From: Kiloniellales bacterium
GTDB taxonomy: Bacteria > Pseudomonadota > Alphaproteobacteria > Kiloniellales > JAKSDN01
Assembly (NCBI GenBank): GCA_050330055.1
Contig: JBHJOF010000004.1
Location: forward strand, 1-53,003
DNA length: 53,003 bases
Direction of reading: 5' to 3'
The notes beneath the pieces were generated by a model. It was not told where the DNA came from. It ran no database searches and saw only the letters and a program-made list of their open reading frames with translations. The translations under genes were made by a program, and so were the position numbers. This document shows, piece after piece, positions 52,717-53,003 of the stretch; the first letter of the stretch is position 1, and each line of letters begins with the position of its first letter.

Positions 52717-52803
52717 AGGGGAAATAAGGGGACAGTATACCTAATTATATTGCGCAAACAGTCTGCGCAATATAATTAGGTATACTGTCCCCTTATTTCC
52801 CCT
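52717..52803. repeat. 87-bp perfect palindrome (40-bp arms, 7-nt spacer), AT-rich
   Basis: I checked it base by base: 52717-52756 is the exact reverse complement of 52764-52803, with the spacer aacagtc. The arm is aggggaaataaggggacagtatacctaattatattgcgca. Confidence 0.95.
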
Positions 52804-53003
52804 TACTTCGGCGGAAGCTGCCATCGGCCCTGACCTCGACCCCATAGTCGCGGAGCGCCGCCGCGCGGCTGACGAAGCCGTTGGCGACGTCGGCGGCGAC
52901 CAACTCGGCCGGCCGCTCGCGCGGGTCGCCGAGCCCGCCGCCGCCCGGCATCTCCAGGATCAGGCGGTCGCCGGCCGGGATCGGCTGGCGGCCCTTGGCG
53001 CGC
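52793..53003 (-). CDS. hydantoinase B/oxoprolinase family protein, C-terminal fragment (5-prime end beyond the window)
   Basis: Hand translation gives RAKGRQPIPAGDRLILEMPGGGGLGDPRERPAELVAADVANGFVSRAAALRDYGVEVRADGSFRRSKGK*. GGGG.GDP...V..DV..G.VS...A...YGV is the conserved HyuB C-terminus. The stop TAA (52793-52795) lies inside the palindrome arm. Confidence 0.65.
   Translation of the reverse strand, partial: RAKGRQPIPAGDRLILEMPGGGGLGDPRERPAELVAADVANGFVSRAAALRDYGVEVRADGSFRRSKGK

Noticed and set aside
52717-52803. Interpreting the palindrome as an ordinary bidirectional rho-independent terminator
   Set aside because: The arms are 40 bp, AT-rich and perfect, and there is no flanking T/A-tract. 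A conventional GC hairpin already follows the upstream gene, and the element overlaps the last codons of the downstream gene. A terminating side effect cannot be excluded.

Overview
High-GC, densely coding chromosomal segment of about 60 genes. Gene content and order look alphaproteobacterial (argH/tlpA divergence, ccr/ecm divergence, rhizobial-type glycerol ABC locus), but the organism cannot be named from sequence alone. Blocks in order: (1) argH fragment and tlpA-like redoxin. (2) An ethylmalonyl-CoA (EMC) pathway neighbourhood: etfB-etfA-hbd, a PduO-type cobalamin adenosyltransferase, mcd, ccr and divergent ecm. An ECF sigma / Tat ferritin-like / cytochrome c module and homospermidine synthase lie within it. 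(3) Envelope and redox genes, including cytochrome b561-YceI-YceI followed by a tandemly duplicated pair of uncharacterised 4-TM protein genes. (4) gluQ, an alkA-like glycosylase, GNATs, an HNH nuclease and a coupled yqaA-dsbB-coq7 unit. (5) The most interesting region: a roughly 6.2 kb segment, partly of low GC, bracketed by direct repeats derived from the tRNA-Leu(CAA) locus. It carries a four-gene operon: an MBOAT-SGNH fusion, a carrier protein, a DltA-like adenylating ligase and an acyl-CoA-dehydrogenase homologue. I interpret this as a candidate undescribed Dlt-like envelope acylation system. (6) A secreted protease, a two-domain cold-shock protein, and a glycerol-type ABC transporter with glpD and glpR. 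(7) A large MCP with a divergent secreted small protein. (8) An 87-bp perfect AT-rich palindrome that supplies the stop codon of a hydantoinase-B-like gene. Several MITE/REP-like palindromic repeat families occupy intergenic gaps. I recognised no rRNA, CRISPR array, transposase or integrase. All calls rest on hand reading of the ORF track and sequence; no database search was run.
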